Source: Adineta vaga
Lineage: Eukaryota; Animalia; Rotifera
Length of the DNA stretch: 64,000 bases
Reading direction: 5' to 3'
Assembly (NCBI GenBank): GCA_021613535.1
Contig: CP075497.1
Coordinates: 2,976,001-3,040,000 of the forward strand
Shown here: positions 24,908 through 38,102 of the stretch, piece by piece
Layout of the letters: each line of letters starts with the position of its first letter
Position numbering within the stretch: position 1 is the stretch's first letter
The notes under the pieces: model-generated
What the model was told of the DNA's origin: nothing
Seen by the model: the letters and a program-made list of their open reading frames with translations, nothing else
Database searches by the model: none
Program-made: the position numbers and the translations under genes

Positions 24908-26572
24908 TTATGTAACAATTGATGTATATGGTTGTTCAATAGGTATATCATATGAACGTGAACGTTTTCCATGATCGAGTAGATTAAAAAATGAAGATTG
25001 ATGATGAGAAGAAGAGGAAGAAGAAGAAGTTAGAAATGGCATAAATAAAAGATAATTATCAGATTTCCATGTTGTAGGTAAGAATGTTTCATCATGATAT
25101 TGTTGACGATACAATCCAATAGCATGTCTTTCTTTGTATAATTCAAGTTCAGAATTGATTGAATCACTTGATATAGATGATGCAATTGGTTGAAAACGTG
25201 GGACAATTGAATATCGATCTAATTCCGTATCATAACAATTCAACGGACTGTTATTGACTAATGTATCTTGATGATGAAGATATATTAAATGATCACATGA
25301 TTGAAGTTTTCGATGATTATCCATTGATAATTCATAAATATTTGGACACGAATGAACAAGTCCACCAGCAGTTAAAAAGAACTCATCATCGTCATCATCA
25401 TTATCGATATTATAATTTTCTTGTCCAAATATACAAGGTGTTGTTGGTCGAATTAAATAAGAGAAATGAGTTGATGACGGAGGTATGGATGATTTTTCAA
25501 GACTATCAATTTCGTTACACAACATTGGAGCATTCGTCAAATAAGATTGACAGTTTGAAATAGGCGTCGAAGGAGAAGAAGAAGAAAAAGACGATGACAA
25601 CGATGTGGATACTGACTTGTTTTGATACATCTATAACAATAATAAATATGGTATATCTCTCTTTTCTTTCCTGTTCTATTCCTGAATAAATTGTCCACTT
25701 TTCCTATCATCACTCTTAGGACATAGATCTAACTCAACTAATATAATTTGTAACATTGATTGATCGGAAAAGGGTTCTCTATAGCATATACAAATACCAT
25801 TCATTCGATCATACTTACTCATATTCGATTTATTTCAAAGACTCACTGGACGAAAACTGACACGAATGAATATATATATATATGTGTGTGTATATGTCCT
25901 TAGTTAATATATCTTATTCACACACTCTTTGATGAAATATTATTAAGTATAGTGTGCATCATATGTAAATGTACATAAGAATAAAAAAAAAGAAAAAGAA
26001 AATGAAGAGAAAAAATGAATCGAATTTGAACGTGCTCATCTGCTCACACCCTATTTACGATTTACTTTTTTCTTCTTCTTCTTCTTCTTTTTTCAATCGT
26101 AAGAGAAAATACAAGAAGAGAAAGAACCATTGGGTAGTAATGAGACATTATAAAACAACGATTTACATCTGCTGCATATGAACAGATAAAGTCAAGTCTC
26201 ACGCTTATAGACAAAATGTGGGATACTTTGAACTTGACCTCGGATCAAGACAAATACTAACGATTTGCCCGTTTTTTTTCTTATATACTAAAGATTCTTG
26301 ACATATATATAACCTACTTGATCGATCGAAGTAAAATTAGTTGGATAAAAAGTCAATTTGTGTCGGTTAGATAAATACATGTTTCGTCGTGTAATGGCAG
26401 GACTTGGCATAATAAATGGACTGGAATAAGAAGGGTTCTCAATCATATATTCTGTTGAATCACGAGAACAGAACGTAAATAGATTCAAAAATTTGCAAAT
26501 TGTTTCTGAAAATCGATTTCGACGATAAATTCTTTGATATTTTCTCATCATTGCATTAAGAGAAAATGACAT
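24908..26572 (-). CDS. Uncharacterised Ser-rich, largely disordered protein, 2 exons (26572-26318, 25630-24908), about 325 aa
   Basis: GTAGGT donor at 26317 and TAG acceptor at 25631 join two ORFs in phase 0. Confidence 0.6.
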
Positions 26573-29500
26573 AGAAGAAATATATCTATATGTGCGACTG
26601 AAGGATATGATAATGTGTTAAAACCAAAACAAGTACAAAAAATCGTCTAGTTACTTTTCCATTGCCAACATTTATCACACGTACACGCGCCTGTTATCGT
26701 CGATATTTATCGTCTTATTTATAGTCGCCCTGGACCATTTCTAGTTTATTATCACTTATATATAAAGAACTACTGAAGGAGTTCTCTAGGACAACAACAC
26801 ACGGTATCTCAATCAAAGAATCGTATAACAAATCTTTCATTTCTATTGATTGATTCCATGCTGTTAAATGCCATCGTTTTTATTGCTTATATAATAATTA
26901 TTGAATTGAAAGCGGAAACTTATTTTCGTATATTGAACATTTAATATAAAATCGATCAAAGCAAGCTAAGACAAACATTAAGATTATGAAATTTGAATGT
27001 TTCTGTCAATGAATCAATATTTTATGTTGACATTAATCTTTTTTCTTCTACATATAACATAAACATAGTCTCTCTCTCTATATATATATGACTGAATGAT
27101 TGAAATATTCTTCTTTTTTCCCCCGCTACATATGACAACTATTGCATGCAAACATCTCTCGTCTTATTATAATGAATAGGTTCATGTCGAATGGATACGC
27201 AGATTAGTACAACTCTTCAGTTGAAGGTCAAACGAGATGCATACAACGAGAGAGAGAGAGAGATATGATTGTTAAATGATGAGCGTGGATGAGTTTCTGA
27301 CAGATAACTTTCGACAATGATGTGACAGGAGTAGAACATTGAAAGGACATACGGCTGCCTAAAGCATTATATTGTATATAATGGAAAAACAATTGCTGAT
27401 TAACTTTTTCTTTCTACGAATATACATTTCTATATCTATATATATATATATGCATATGGTCACCGCTTCAAATCATAGGCAAAACATTATACAATTAAAA
27501 ACACCGAAATGCGATATCACCAGCACACATATTTCCATATCAAAGAGCCTATGTATACATTAATATGTGTACATTGGCTACGCTATATGGCTCGTATATG
27601 CTCATTATTAGTCATCATATGAACAGTCTAGTTGAGTTTAATCATCAAACTTCAATCAACCATGCAAACGCTTTCACTCGTTTTCTCTCTCTCTCTCTAT
27701 CATTATAACCGGGTGGCGCATAGTTGAAATCGATTGATCAGTCACGATTGAATGTGGCCTTCAGTTGACAAACAAAGATTGTGTCTGCACATGAGTATAG
27801 GGCAAGATCCCAAAAGAAATCGCGAAGAAAGCTTGGTATTCATAAGAGAAATGAATAATCTAGTGAGAGTGTTAATTTTTTGCTTTATGTTTGTAAGATG
27901 TGCCTGTTTTTCTTTTTATCCGAGGAGAGACGAACAGAAATAGTGCGCATCGATTTTCATCTCTGTTTCATCAGTAGATAGAACGACTGAAAAGAAAAGA
28001 AAAGAAGAGACATATATAACCAATGCCGTTGTCTAATCACATTAGAATAGAAAACTCGCACATTATTAATTGACTAGAATAGTAAGGGAGTATAGGGAGT
28101 TCGATAACACGCGTTCATCAAATTTTATTTTAGTTCTTTATTGAAGGACAAACTTGATCATATCGTATACGAATGAATGAACAATGACTTTTTGTATTTT
28201 CTTTCTCTCGTTAGTTCATGTACATCGTTGCCTTCTTCGATCTCATCATCTTCTTCATCGAAAGTAATCAAGTAGCCAATGTGCAGAAATATTTTTTTAC
28301 TAATCATTTTGTCACCCTTGAGGCGAAACTGTTTCATTCGAATCGATGATCGACCCTGTAAAGAATAACTGCATCTATATAACGTGAGTCAATTAATACA
28401 ATCATTTTTTTTTCTAAATGCTTCTCTTTTCTCTGTTAATCGATCGAACTATATATACGCATATCTATCAGATTTCTCCATGAACAAATGTGCGAAATAA
28501 TAAATTCACTTGTTGACGATATCATACTCGTCTGTTATCAGATCTGATCCATTGATACGACAGGATGTGTACATAGCTGACAGAATCTATGAACATACTG
28601 TCAACGTTTGAGCTTAGTCTCAATTCATTTAACCTTCCTTCCGTCGCCGACACCATCATCACCGTTATTGTATTGTTAGAGCGAGAAAAAATTTAAATCG
28701 TCTTTTCTTTCGACCTGTTTGTCTGTCTGCATCATTCATATCATGTTGATTGTTTGCATTTAAGCTCAAATTCTTTATCGAATATATATTTATTTGTTGA
28801 TTCTTTCTATCATAAGTAAGAGTTTGTCTTTTTTTTTCATTTATAATTTTTAGACGTCAACTAGATGTCAACATATGTATTGAAAACGAAAAACTAACAC
28901 TTGAACAAATTACTATGAATCGATCATCATCATCATCGTCGTCGTCGTCTTGCAAGAGACAATACTTGTCAAATCATCCATATCGAAGACGCGTCTAATT
29001 CAATTGTAGGAGTGTTACCTTTGTTAAGAGCATGCATGCTTGAGTAGCGTAATGAGCAGTATGGATACGTATGTTCGTGCTTCACTTTTTGTCTTATCGA
29101 TAACGCACTATTTCATGGTTCGAATATTTGCATATATATTGTATTATAATATTGATGAGTCTTTTCGTAGATATTCGACCTCTTCAAAATTAGATTGATA
29201 AGACAAAGCGAAAGAGGGAGAGAGAAAGCAAATGGCTTCACCTGTCTAATGCAGGCGTTGGAATGAAACCACTTATCATTCTAATGAATTGCGTACAAGA
29301 ACTATTTGAAGATTAGAGCATTGACCATCAGCCACTTCGCACCTTTTAATTCTTTTTCTTTTTCTAACAGGTGTTGATTCCTTTCTTCTTTCTCGCTCTC
29401 CAGTCCTGTCTGACCGACACGGGAAGCCGATAATCGTTTTTCTCTTTAGTGATCGATGTTTTAAGTTGAGTGTATATACACACAGGCGCATAGTTGAAGC

Positions 29501-30706
29501 TCTTAATTCATTTAAAGCTTTTTTTTTCTTCCCTTTTCTCTCATTGTCGTTTATTCATCTACATTCATATTTAATTCATGGTACACTAATATTTTTCAAT
29601 TAAATGAATAAGAAAAGGAATGAACATTCATTTGATTAGATGTCTCTCGTCTTTTTTTCTCTTTCTCTTTCGTTCATGTTCGCTCTCTGTTCGTCTCTTG
29701 AGATACAAACTATAGACAGTGTTAGTTATTCATTCAGTGTACAAAACAAATAGATGATCTTTTTCTTCCTTTAGTATAAGTCATGCAATAGTTTTGTTAT
29801 TGTTGTTCTTCCTCCTTCGCGTTGTTCTATCATTAGAACAGTTCTTCCTGTTCCGTCAACATATACATTGAATTTGTTACATCATCATACAATTTTGACT
29901 CTTTTCTTCTTCTTCATTTTCTTTATCTATTGTCGAAATGGGCGGAGTGTCAAGTAAAGATTACACAAGCGACATGCGTATGTATATGTATATATTGATG
30001 AACTATTCACATTGACAATATGATTTCTATGTTCGTCATCCGGTTTGTTGATGTCTAGGAAGAAGAAATTTGTGATGGGTGACGGCAACTTCACTTCCTG
30101 TCATTTCAATTCTATTAAACCACTTAATGTTTTGGTCATCATCATCATCATCATGTATGAATGAAATGAAGTGACAATCGATTTTTTAGTTTTTCTTCTC
30201 TTCTTGACACAGTTAGGGGTTAGGGTCAATGAACTAGACTGCCGACAGCGATGAGACATGCGCCATGCTTCAACTGAATATTATCAATAGCTCTCGGAAT
30301 TCAATAGAGATGAGTATATACTTTTTACCCTATCTCTTTCCTATTTACTAACTTACATCATCGATGATTGTTTTTTCAGACCATTATATATAAGCATACA
30401 TATGAGTATTAATTCTTATCATTCTCTCGTTTTGTTTCTCTTCTACTTGCATTATATATATGAACCGGAAAAGTCCAAGTCAACTGTTATTCTTCTTTGT
30501 CATTTAAGTCACTTGCCTATCGACAACTGTACATAGAATAGAATATCAATCAACTATTGAAAGAGTTAATCGACTTTTTCTTTTATTCTATTGAAGAAAA
30601 AATGAACGAACACATGGTGAAACTCAAGAGAGATAACTCAGCTTCGTCTATATTTAATTTTATTCTATCTTGATGAACATCAAATATTTTTTTCTCTTTA
30701 TTTCAG

Positions 30707-32500
30707 ATGTTTTTATTCTTTATTTTCTTTCTTTTTCTTTTCAATTCGATCAAGTCATGTCCATTAACAGATAATTATTTATCACGTTGTCATTGTGGCA
30801 TTCTAACTAATGGAGAATCTTATATAAAATGTGAAGAAAAAACTTTAGATCAAATTCCAACATTCAAACGTTCATTTCCTTATGATGAATTAATCTTATC
30901 CAATAATAATATTCGAACATTACCACAATCATCATTTGATCATATAAAAACTATTAAACGAATTCATTTAGGCAATAATTCACTCTCATTTATTGACAAT
31001 GATCTTTTACGTTTATTAGGAAATTATCTCGAAGAATTGATTCTAACTGGTGATCATCGACTAAATTCATTGGAATTTCTTCTACGTTATCCATTGAAAA
31101 ACTTACGTGTATTGAAATTAGATCAATTTGATTTAAGTGAAATGAATCTCGAAAAAGTTTTTCTTAACATGACAAAATTAGAAATAATTTCATTACGTTC
31201 TTGTCAAATAAAATATCTACCAAATTTACCTAATGTTCAAATATTAGATTTAGAAAATAATCAAATATCGAATACCATTTCATTAACAACATCATATGTA
31301 CATTTAAATTTAGCAAAGAATTTGATTTCATCGATTAATTTAAAGAATAATACGTATTTAAAATCATTAAATTTAAGTGAAAATTTATTAACATCATTCG
31401 ATTTTTCAATGTTAAATGAGAATTTAAGAGATTTAAATCTAAATTCGAATCGTTTATTAGCAATTAATTTCAATACGTTACCAAATACTTTAACTTCTTT
31501 GTCATTAAAAAATAATCTAATCAAACAAATGAAATTTTCTCGTGAATCTTCATCGTTTTTATCATCATTAGATTTAAGTTTTAATCAACTACGAACTATT
31601 GAACAAAATTCTTTATTTAAAACTTTAAATTATTTAAATCTTGAACAGAATCCTCTTGAATGTAATTGTCAATTAGAATGGTTAAAAACTCTTGTTGTTT
31701 CTTCCAAACAATTCAATGCAACCATTTGGTCATGTAATTCTCCGAAATCTTCGTTTCTCTCATCAAATTTTCAATGTCAAACAAAATTAACCTTACCTCG
31801 TGTTGTTCTATTCAATATTTCTTATGTAAAAATCTCCTCAGAAAATGGTTTATTTCTTCAATGGTCAATCATTGATGAAGATAAAATTCTCAATTCAATT
31901 CAAATTAGTATTTCCGATCCATTTTATCTTTCACCGAAATTTCGTCGAAATCAAACGGAAATTTTCTTATCCAATCAAATTCAATCGAATAAAAACTATC
32001 ATATCTGTTTGATTCTATTACATCGATATGCACGAGATAAATATTGTCGAGAATTTTTAACTGATCAATTAATTTTCGTTCTATCAAATGAAATTCCATT
32101 GGAAAAAGACAATCGAAATACTCTAACAAGAAACTATGATATTAATCTTTATATGATGTTAATTGGTTCATGTCTTGGTGGAATCTTAACATTTTTATTG
32201 ATATTTTTATGTTGTTATCTTTGTTTTCAACTTCATAAAATGAATCGAAGAAAAAAGAAGACGAACAATGTTAATCATCTTCATCATTATCCAATCTATC
32301 AATCTCATTCAACAACATGTCCATATCATCATCATGAAAATCTTTCGAATTCAACAGATAGTAGTCAAATGGATACGTCATTATCAACAACGAATTTAAA
32401 ACATATTTATCAAACAATCGATAGTCAAGATTATACGAATTATAAACGTGAAAATCAGTTATTTGATTTATGGAATGAATCATTAAGACAGAAAAGATAG
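30707..32500 (+). CDS. Leucine-rich-repeat single-pass receptor/adhesion protein (signal peptide, LRRNT, LRRs, LRRCT, FN3-like, TM)
   Basis: CP...CHC cap, repeated LxxLxLxxN, NPLECNCQLEWL, YHICL...KYC, TM helix. The ATG directly follows a TTTCAG acceptor, implying a 5' UTR intron. Confidence 0.9.
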   Translation: MFLFFIFFLFLFNSIKSCPLTDNYLSRCHCGILTNGESYIKCEEKTLDQIPTFKRSFPYDELILSNNNIRTLPQSSFDHIKTIKRIHLGNNSLSFIDNDLLRLLGNYLEELILTGDHRLNSLEFLLRYPLKNLRVLKLDQFDLSEMNLEKVFLNMTKLEIISLRSCQIKYLPNLPNVQILDLENNQISNTISLTTSYVHLNLAKNLISSINLKNNTYLKSLNLSENLLTSFDFSMLNENLRDLNLNSNRLLAINFNTLPNTLTSLSLKNNLIKQMKFSRESSSFLSSLDLSFNQLRTIEQNSLFKTLNYLNLEQNPLECNCQLEWLKTLVVSSKQFNATIWSCNSPKSSFLSSNFQCQTKLTLPRVVLFNISYVKISSENGLFLQWSIIDEDKILNSIQISISDPFYLSPKFRRNQTEIFLSNQIQSNKNYHICLILLHRYARDKYCREFLTDQLIFVLSNEIPLEKDNRNTLTRNYDINLYMMLIGSCLGGILTFLLIFLCCYLCFQLHKMNRRKKKTNNVNHLHHYPIYQSHSTTCPYHHHENLSNSTDSSQMDTSLSTTNLKHIYQTIDSQDYTNYKRENQLFDLWNESLRQKR

Positions 32501-33025
32501 TTTTTCTTTTTCTTTTTTTTATACATCCGGATGAATTGAGTTGATATGCTAATTTATACATGTATGCTTTTTCTTCTCGTTCCTGTACAAATAAAATGGA
32601 AATTTGTGCTTGTCGTTATATTGAATTGTCAAGAGAATAAATGACAAGAATATAGTTGACTGAATCTCTCGAGTATGGATAATGACATTGTTCAATTGAA
32701 AGATGAAGAAATTGTACTGAAAAATGAGAACTTCACTATTCTTCATCTGAACATATGGATGACTCTTGTCAATGAGTACTTCTCATTTGATGCTAATTGA
32801 AATGTGAATCGAGAAAATATTTACATATGAAGTATTCTTCTTCTATTTATCAATCTTTTGTTTTTAAGGAATTATTTAAAACTAAGTTTATTATCAAATT
32901 CTATAAATTTTCATAAAAGCAATACAATGACTTTACTTGTATAATGTAAAAGAACAAAAAAAAACGTTTATTTACTAATAACTACGATAGACTTTGATAT
33001 TCTATACAAAAATGTTAGATGTATA

Positions 33026-34562
33026 TTATTGAAGTTGATCACTATTTGCTATTTTAACTTCTCGTGAAACATCACCATTTTCCGATCCACTCATTTCGAG
33101 ATCTTTAAGTATATGAAAACCTTGTAGAACTTGCCCGAATACAACATGTTTATTATCTAAATGTGGACATGGAACAAAAGTAATAAAAAATTGACTTCCA
33201 TTTGTATTTGGACCACTATTTGCCATGGATAAAAGACCAACATGATCATGTAGATATGGAAAACCTTCATCATCAAATTTTTCACCATAGATCGAATAAC
33301 CACCTGTACCATTCGATTTTTCAAAATCACCGCCTTGAGCCATAAAATCAGGAATAATTCGATGAAAATAAGATAGACGATAACCAAAACCATGTTCATT
33401 TAAACATAAGGAAAGAAAATTCTGTGCTGTACGTGGTAAAACATGACGAAATAGTTCCATAATAAGTCGACCACGTGGTTCACTATCAACTTCAATATCA
33501 AAGTAAACCACTGGATTTGATTCATATTTCATCGGTACTTGTGGACCAGTACCACCTCTATCAGAAAGAAAAAGAAGAAAATCAGCAGTTTACTGTAATA
33601 GGCTTTCTTTTCTCACTTACAAATTGAGAGAATTTGGTGCTATTTGTTGTTGCTGCTGCTGTTGCTGCTGCTGTTGTTGTTGTTGATATGAAGTATCAAG
33701 ATGATCAGTAGAAGGCATGGATGTTGGTGATTGAATACCAAAATTATCGATCATATCAGATTTTCTGAAAATTCACGGACAATAAATTAGATGAAGATAA
33801 AATAGATCCTACCGTTCATCCATTAGCTTTTCACTTTCCATATGTTTGTCAATATCATGATGTGAATGTTTGGCAGATCGTTTTTTATGTTTTTTCTTAT
33901 GTTTTTTTCCTTCTGTTCCATCTAAATTCGGTTGTGAAAGACTTGTAAATAAAGACGGTGGTATATCGTTCGACATGGCACCTAGAAATTAATAACATAT
34001 AATTATGTAGGAAAATTTAAATTATCATCGATGAAATATTTTATCTACCTTCCGTCATGCCTTGTTCAGATGCTATTGCTTCATTGGTTGCTTCTTGATT
34101 ACTAAGATTTTGATAAACATATGTTGGTTGACCAGTCGTTGGTATTGAAACATAATCAGTAATTGGACGAACAAATTTTTTATAATAATCATCAATCATT
34201 GTATTATTGTACTGACGGACAAAAGGTGATCCACGTTGATATGATATATTGATTTCATCTGCTGATGCCCATTTGATATTAGTATCATCAAATGTTGTAG
34301 GTACAAATCCTTCAATATCATTTGTTAATTGCTGTTGTTGTTGAGCAAATTCAACCGGATCAAAATCGAGACTTTCTTGCAATAGATCTTGTTGTGGTGG
34401 TGGAGGTAGTGGTGATTGCTGTTCCTCTTGCTGCTGTGGTTGTTCTTTTGAAGATTGATCTTGATGCGATTGATTACTATTTAAAGAAAGTCCAGAGAGA
34501 TTTTGTGATAGTAAATTTTCATTAAATTGTGATGGAAGGTTATAAATTGGATTTGAGAACAT
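33026..34562 (-). CDS. Cyclophilin-type peptidyl-prolyl isomerase with long Gln-rich N-terminal extension, 4 exons
   Basis: C-terminal domain FHRIIPDFMAQGGDF, GTGGYSIYG, LSMANSGPNTNGSQFFIT, HVVFG. ORF 34041..34562 links in frame through exons at about 33981-33813 and 33765-33621. Confidence 0.88.
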
Positions 34563-35148
34563 CGTTGACCGGAGAAATGTCGCTTATGAACAACAATCAA
34601 TCGTTCTCTTTCTTTAGTAAAACTTGTTGGAAGATGAAAAATAGTAAAACGAATGAATGATACGGTCCAATGAACAGACGAACCCCATCGATCCCGACTG
34701 ACTTTTGTCCGTGTTCAAAACGAAAAAGAGAAAAAGAAACGAAATGAAAGAACGATAAAAAAAACTGTCAATATCGATCAAATGTCTTTTCAAATGAGCT
34801 ACGATCATCGATCATATCTTTCTTATTAATATAAATACATACTACACTGAAATAACTTATGTATTTATACGATTTTATCAGTCAAGTACATTTTCAATTC
34901 GTGTAAAATGTGAAAAAAAGAATGTTCGTTTTTTGTACTTTTTTATGTTGAATCATAGATGATCTTTTATTAACATACGAAAAGGGATTCAAGAAGAAAA
35001 AGAAAGAAAAGTTCAGGTTTTCTTCTCGTTTGACAACAATAATAAACAATTGTGATTTTCAAAAAGAAAAAGTCTATGGTATTTCATACGACAAGCGAAT
35101 GTTGTTACACAGAACATTGAAAGAAATTTCAAACGTCTACATAACTCA

Positions 35149-35505
35149 ATGGCAACGTGGTATTTGAATATTTGGTGTGTTCAATTTTTCTACTAAATGA
35201 TATGAAAGAATTCCATTTCAATTCTGTTCTTTTTGAATAGTCGACAACGACTTCGTCCTGCTCGATACCATCATGTATTTGGTCGACAATCTGAACAAAC
35301 ATGGGCAATGATATGTTTACAATTTCTCATCGGAGTATTCAAATGTATTATATTTTATGGTCTTTTATATTTAGTTATTAAATGGTATCTATGGCCAATA
35401 GTTATACCACATCTCATGAAATATGAATTTGCACAGAAGACAGTTAATCATACTTCCATTCTTCTTGGTTGGTTAAGATCAAATAGTAAACTTTTGTCTA
35501 ATTAA
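35149..35505 (+). CDS. Small single-pass membrane protein, 2 exons (35149-35159, 35241-35505)
   Basis: ATG GCA ACG TG/gt...tag/T CGA joins in frame to an ORF with one long hydrophobic segment. Confidence 0.5.
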
Positions 35506-36257
35506 GATTCAATGTGAATTTTCTGCCAATAAAAACAAAGCATATCGACTGAATTTAAGAGAGTCAAATCTTTTTAGTATTTGATATTCTGTTTATACAA
35601 TTGAGGAAATGAAATGAATTGAATATTTTCAAGAGAGCATCAGAGGATTTATTTGAAGATCAGAAAGTAAAAAGAACACGTGGAACAACATTTAAAAAAA
35701 AGCATTCGATGCATAAATATACGAGAGAAAAAAAGATACACCACAAAAAAAAGCGAACAGAAAAAATGGACGAGGACTAAGACATAACATTAAAAAAAAA
35801 CATGTAAAAGTTGACAATTTTTCAACAAGGACATTTAAAAACAGATTTTTTTGTTTTATTTTTACAGAGTTTTATACTTTTTTTGTATTTTTAAGTTTCT
35901 TTTTTTTTGTTTTTATATGGCACATATTTGAAATGCTAATATACAACAACTACAATGTACATTCCTCAAAATTTTGCTTATTCGATGTTTAATAGCTAAC
36001 AAATATGATCTGTGCAGGTCGCCTCGGTGAGCGCCGAACTGTAATGGAGGGCCTCGCCTGCGTTCTTTCGACCGCACACTGTCTAGCGCGCCGTCACTCT
36101 GTACAATCATCTCCTAAATCGGAGTGTGTCGCTGCTCACACCTCGCCGCCGTCATCTCCTCTACTAAATAATAAGCTTGGCTCATCGCATAAATACGAAC
36201 ACTGTTCGTTTCACTGTTGCGAGTTTCGTCCTGTCCTTCAATATAATCTAATTTTTC

Positions 36258-38027
36258 TTAACTTTTAGCATTCAACATTTTCATACGTAATTTCAATGGC
36301 ATCATATCACCTCGAGATTCATGTGTTTGTTTTGTATGAGTATTGGTTTGTTCAGACACACATGTTGATGATTGTTGGGATGGCGGCATTGAAAAAGAAT
36401 TGCTTGATGATGTTGAAAAATAATTCATCAATGTTTTTAATTGACTCAATGAATGAATATTATCTTGCTGTTGTTGTTGTTGATCATGATGATGATGAAA
36501 GTTTTCACCTTGCATATGTTGTTGATGATTACTATGATAATCAATAGTAACTCGAGGAGGATTTGGTTTTCTTAATAGACCATTTATAACTGATTGACAA
36601 ACAGATTGAAGTGCTGCTGTTTGTTGTTCAACAGGTGCAATTGGTTGAACAGATGGCGGTGGTGGTGGTGGTTTATTTAATGAAAGTAATGTCATTGCTG
36701 CTTCATCCCATTTTTTTTGTTGTTCAGCATCTTGTTGTAATTGATCTAAATTTCGTTTCAATGATGAAATAGTTGGTTTTAATTCCGTTGGTGAAGCAAT
36801 TGTTAAGAGTCGTGATGTTGATGTTGATGTGACACATTCCGGTTGTTTTGGTTTTAGCATTTGATTTGCAAGAATTTGTAATAGAGATTCATTTGGCGGT
36901 GATGGTGATGGAGTTCTAGGTGTTGGGCTTTTAGTTGGAATTGTCGCTAATAAATTGCCTGTTTTGACTTCTGTTCGACTTAGATCTACTGCACTACTTC
37001 CAAGTAATTGACTGTACAGTAATGGATGTTGAACACGTGTATTGCATGTATTATCATCGAAATTTGTTGTAGATTCTACTTCATCATCGTCATCATGAGT
37101 TTCTGACGATGATAAATGTTTTGGTCTTGTTATTTGTGATGGATAGTCATCATCGTCACTAGTAACAGAACGATGACCAACGATGTTTGATGCAGATGTA
37201 GCTGGTTTGAGACAAATGTGACCAAGACGTTGTTCTTCTTCGAATATACTTTCCATTTCTGTTTCTTTCATATCCAAACGTGATAACATGAGATGAAGTT
37301 TAGCTCTTAATGCTTCATTTTCATTTGATAATTCTACAACTTTAGTTTCTATTAAAGAAAAAAACGATAAAAATTCGATGATAAAAAAAATTTACACAAA
37401 ATCATTTACCTAAAACAATATCATTAAGTCGTCGTTTTTCACGTGAACGTTTTGCAGCTAAATTATTTTTTCGTCTTCGTTCCCAATAATGATCATCTTT
37501 CATATCATTGGGAATAAAATCACGACGTTTTCTTGCAGGTATGACATCTTTTCGTAATAATAATTGAGTTAAAAATTCTTTATCAACAGCTTGTGGTCCA
37601 GCTGTAGTAACAACTTTGACAATATCACGATCACTTGTTGAACTTGATCGAGAATCTGTGGCAGATAATAATGATACTTGTGAAGGAGGTTCATTCGGCA
37701 TTGGCATAGATTTTCTATAAAATGAAGAAGAAATAAGACGATTCATCATAAATGTTAAGAACATACTTGATACGTTTTATTTGTGATTCGATTGTCGTAT
37801 CTGAAGGAGATGATGTTGATGATGAAATTTGTTGTTGAGTAAGTGCATAGAGCATATTCAATTGTGATTGTAAATCATTTGCAATTAAATGAGGTGAACG
37901 TACAAACTGAGATGTTGATGAACGAAGAAGATCGTTCGATTGCATTTTCTATTCAAATTAGAAATAGATTTTTTTTATTAAGAATTACTTTAGTAACTAA
38001 AAAGCAAACCTGAACGCTAGTTGTCAT
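36258..38027 (-). CDS. NFIL3: NFIL3/E4BP4/vrille-type bZIP transcriptional repressor, 4 exons
   Basis: [59 protein letters not shown] closely matches the NFIL3/vrille basic zipper. C-terminal MPLKLRMK resembles the LPHKLR motif. Short first exon MTTSVQ (38027-38010). Confidence 0.85.
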
Positions 38028-38102
38028 GATCTTTCTCGAATAATAATAATCTTCTTGATGATGATGATATACGTCTGTTCGCGTCGGACTCTGGCACGAA
38101 AC

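Noticed and set aside
30212-30226. TTAGGGGTTAGGG, telomere-like
   Set aside because: Only two imperfect units; no array.
26600-30700. 4-kb ORF-poor interval examined for ncRNA genes or arrays
   Set aside because: Only microsatellites and AT-rich sequence. No tRNA, rRNA or regular repeat recognised; likely regulatory DNA or UTR intron.
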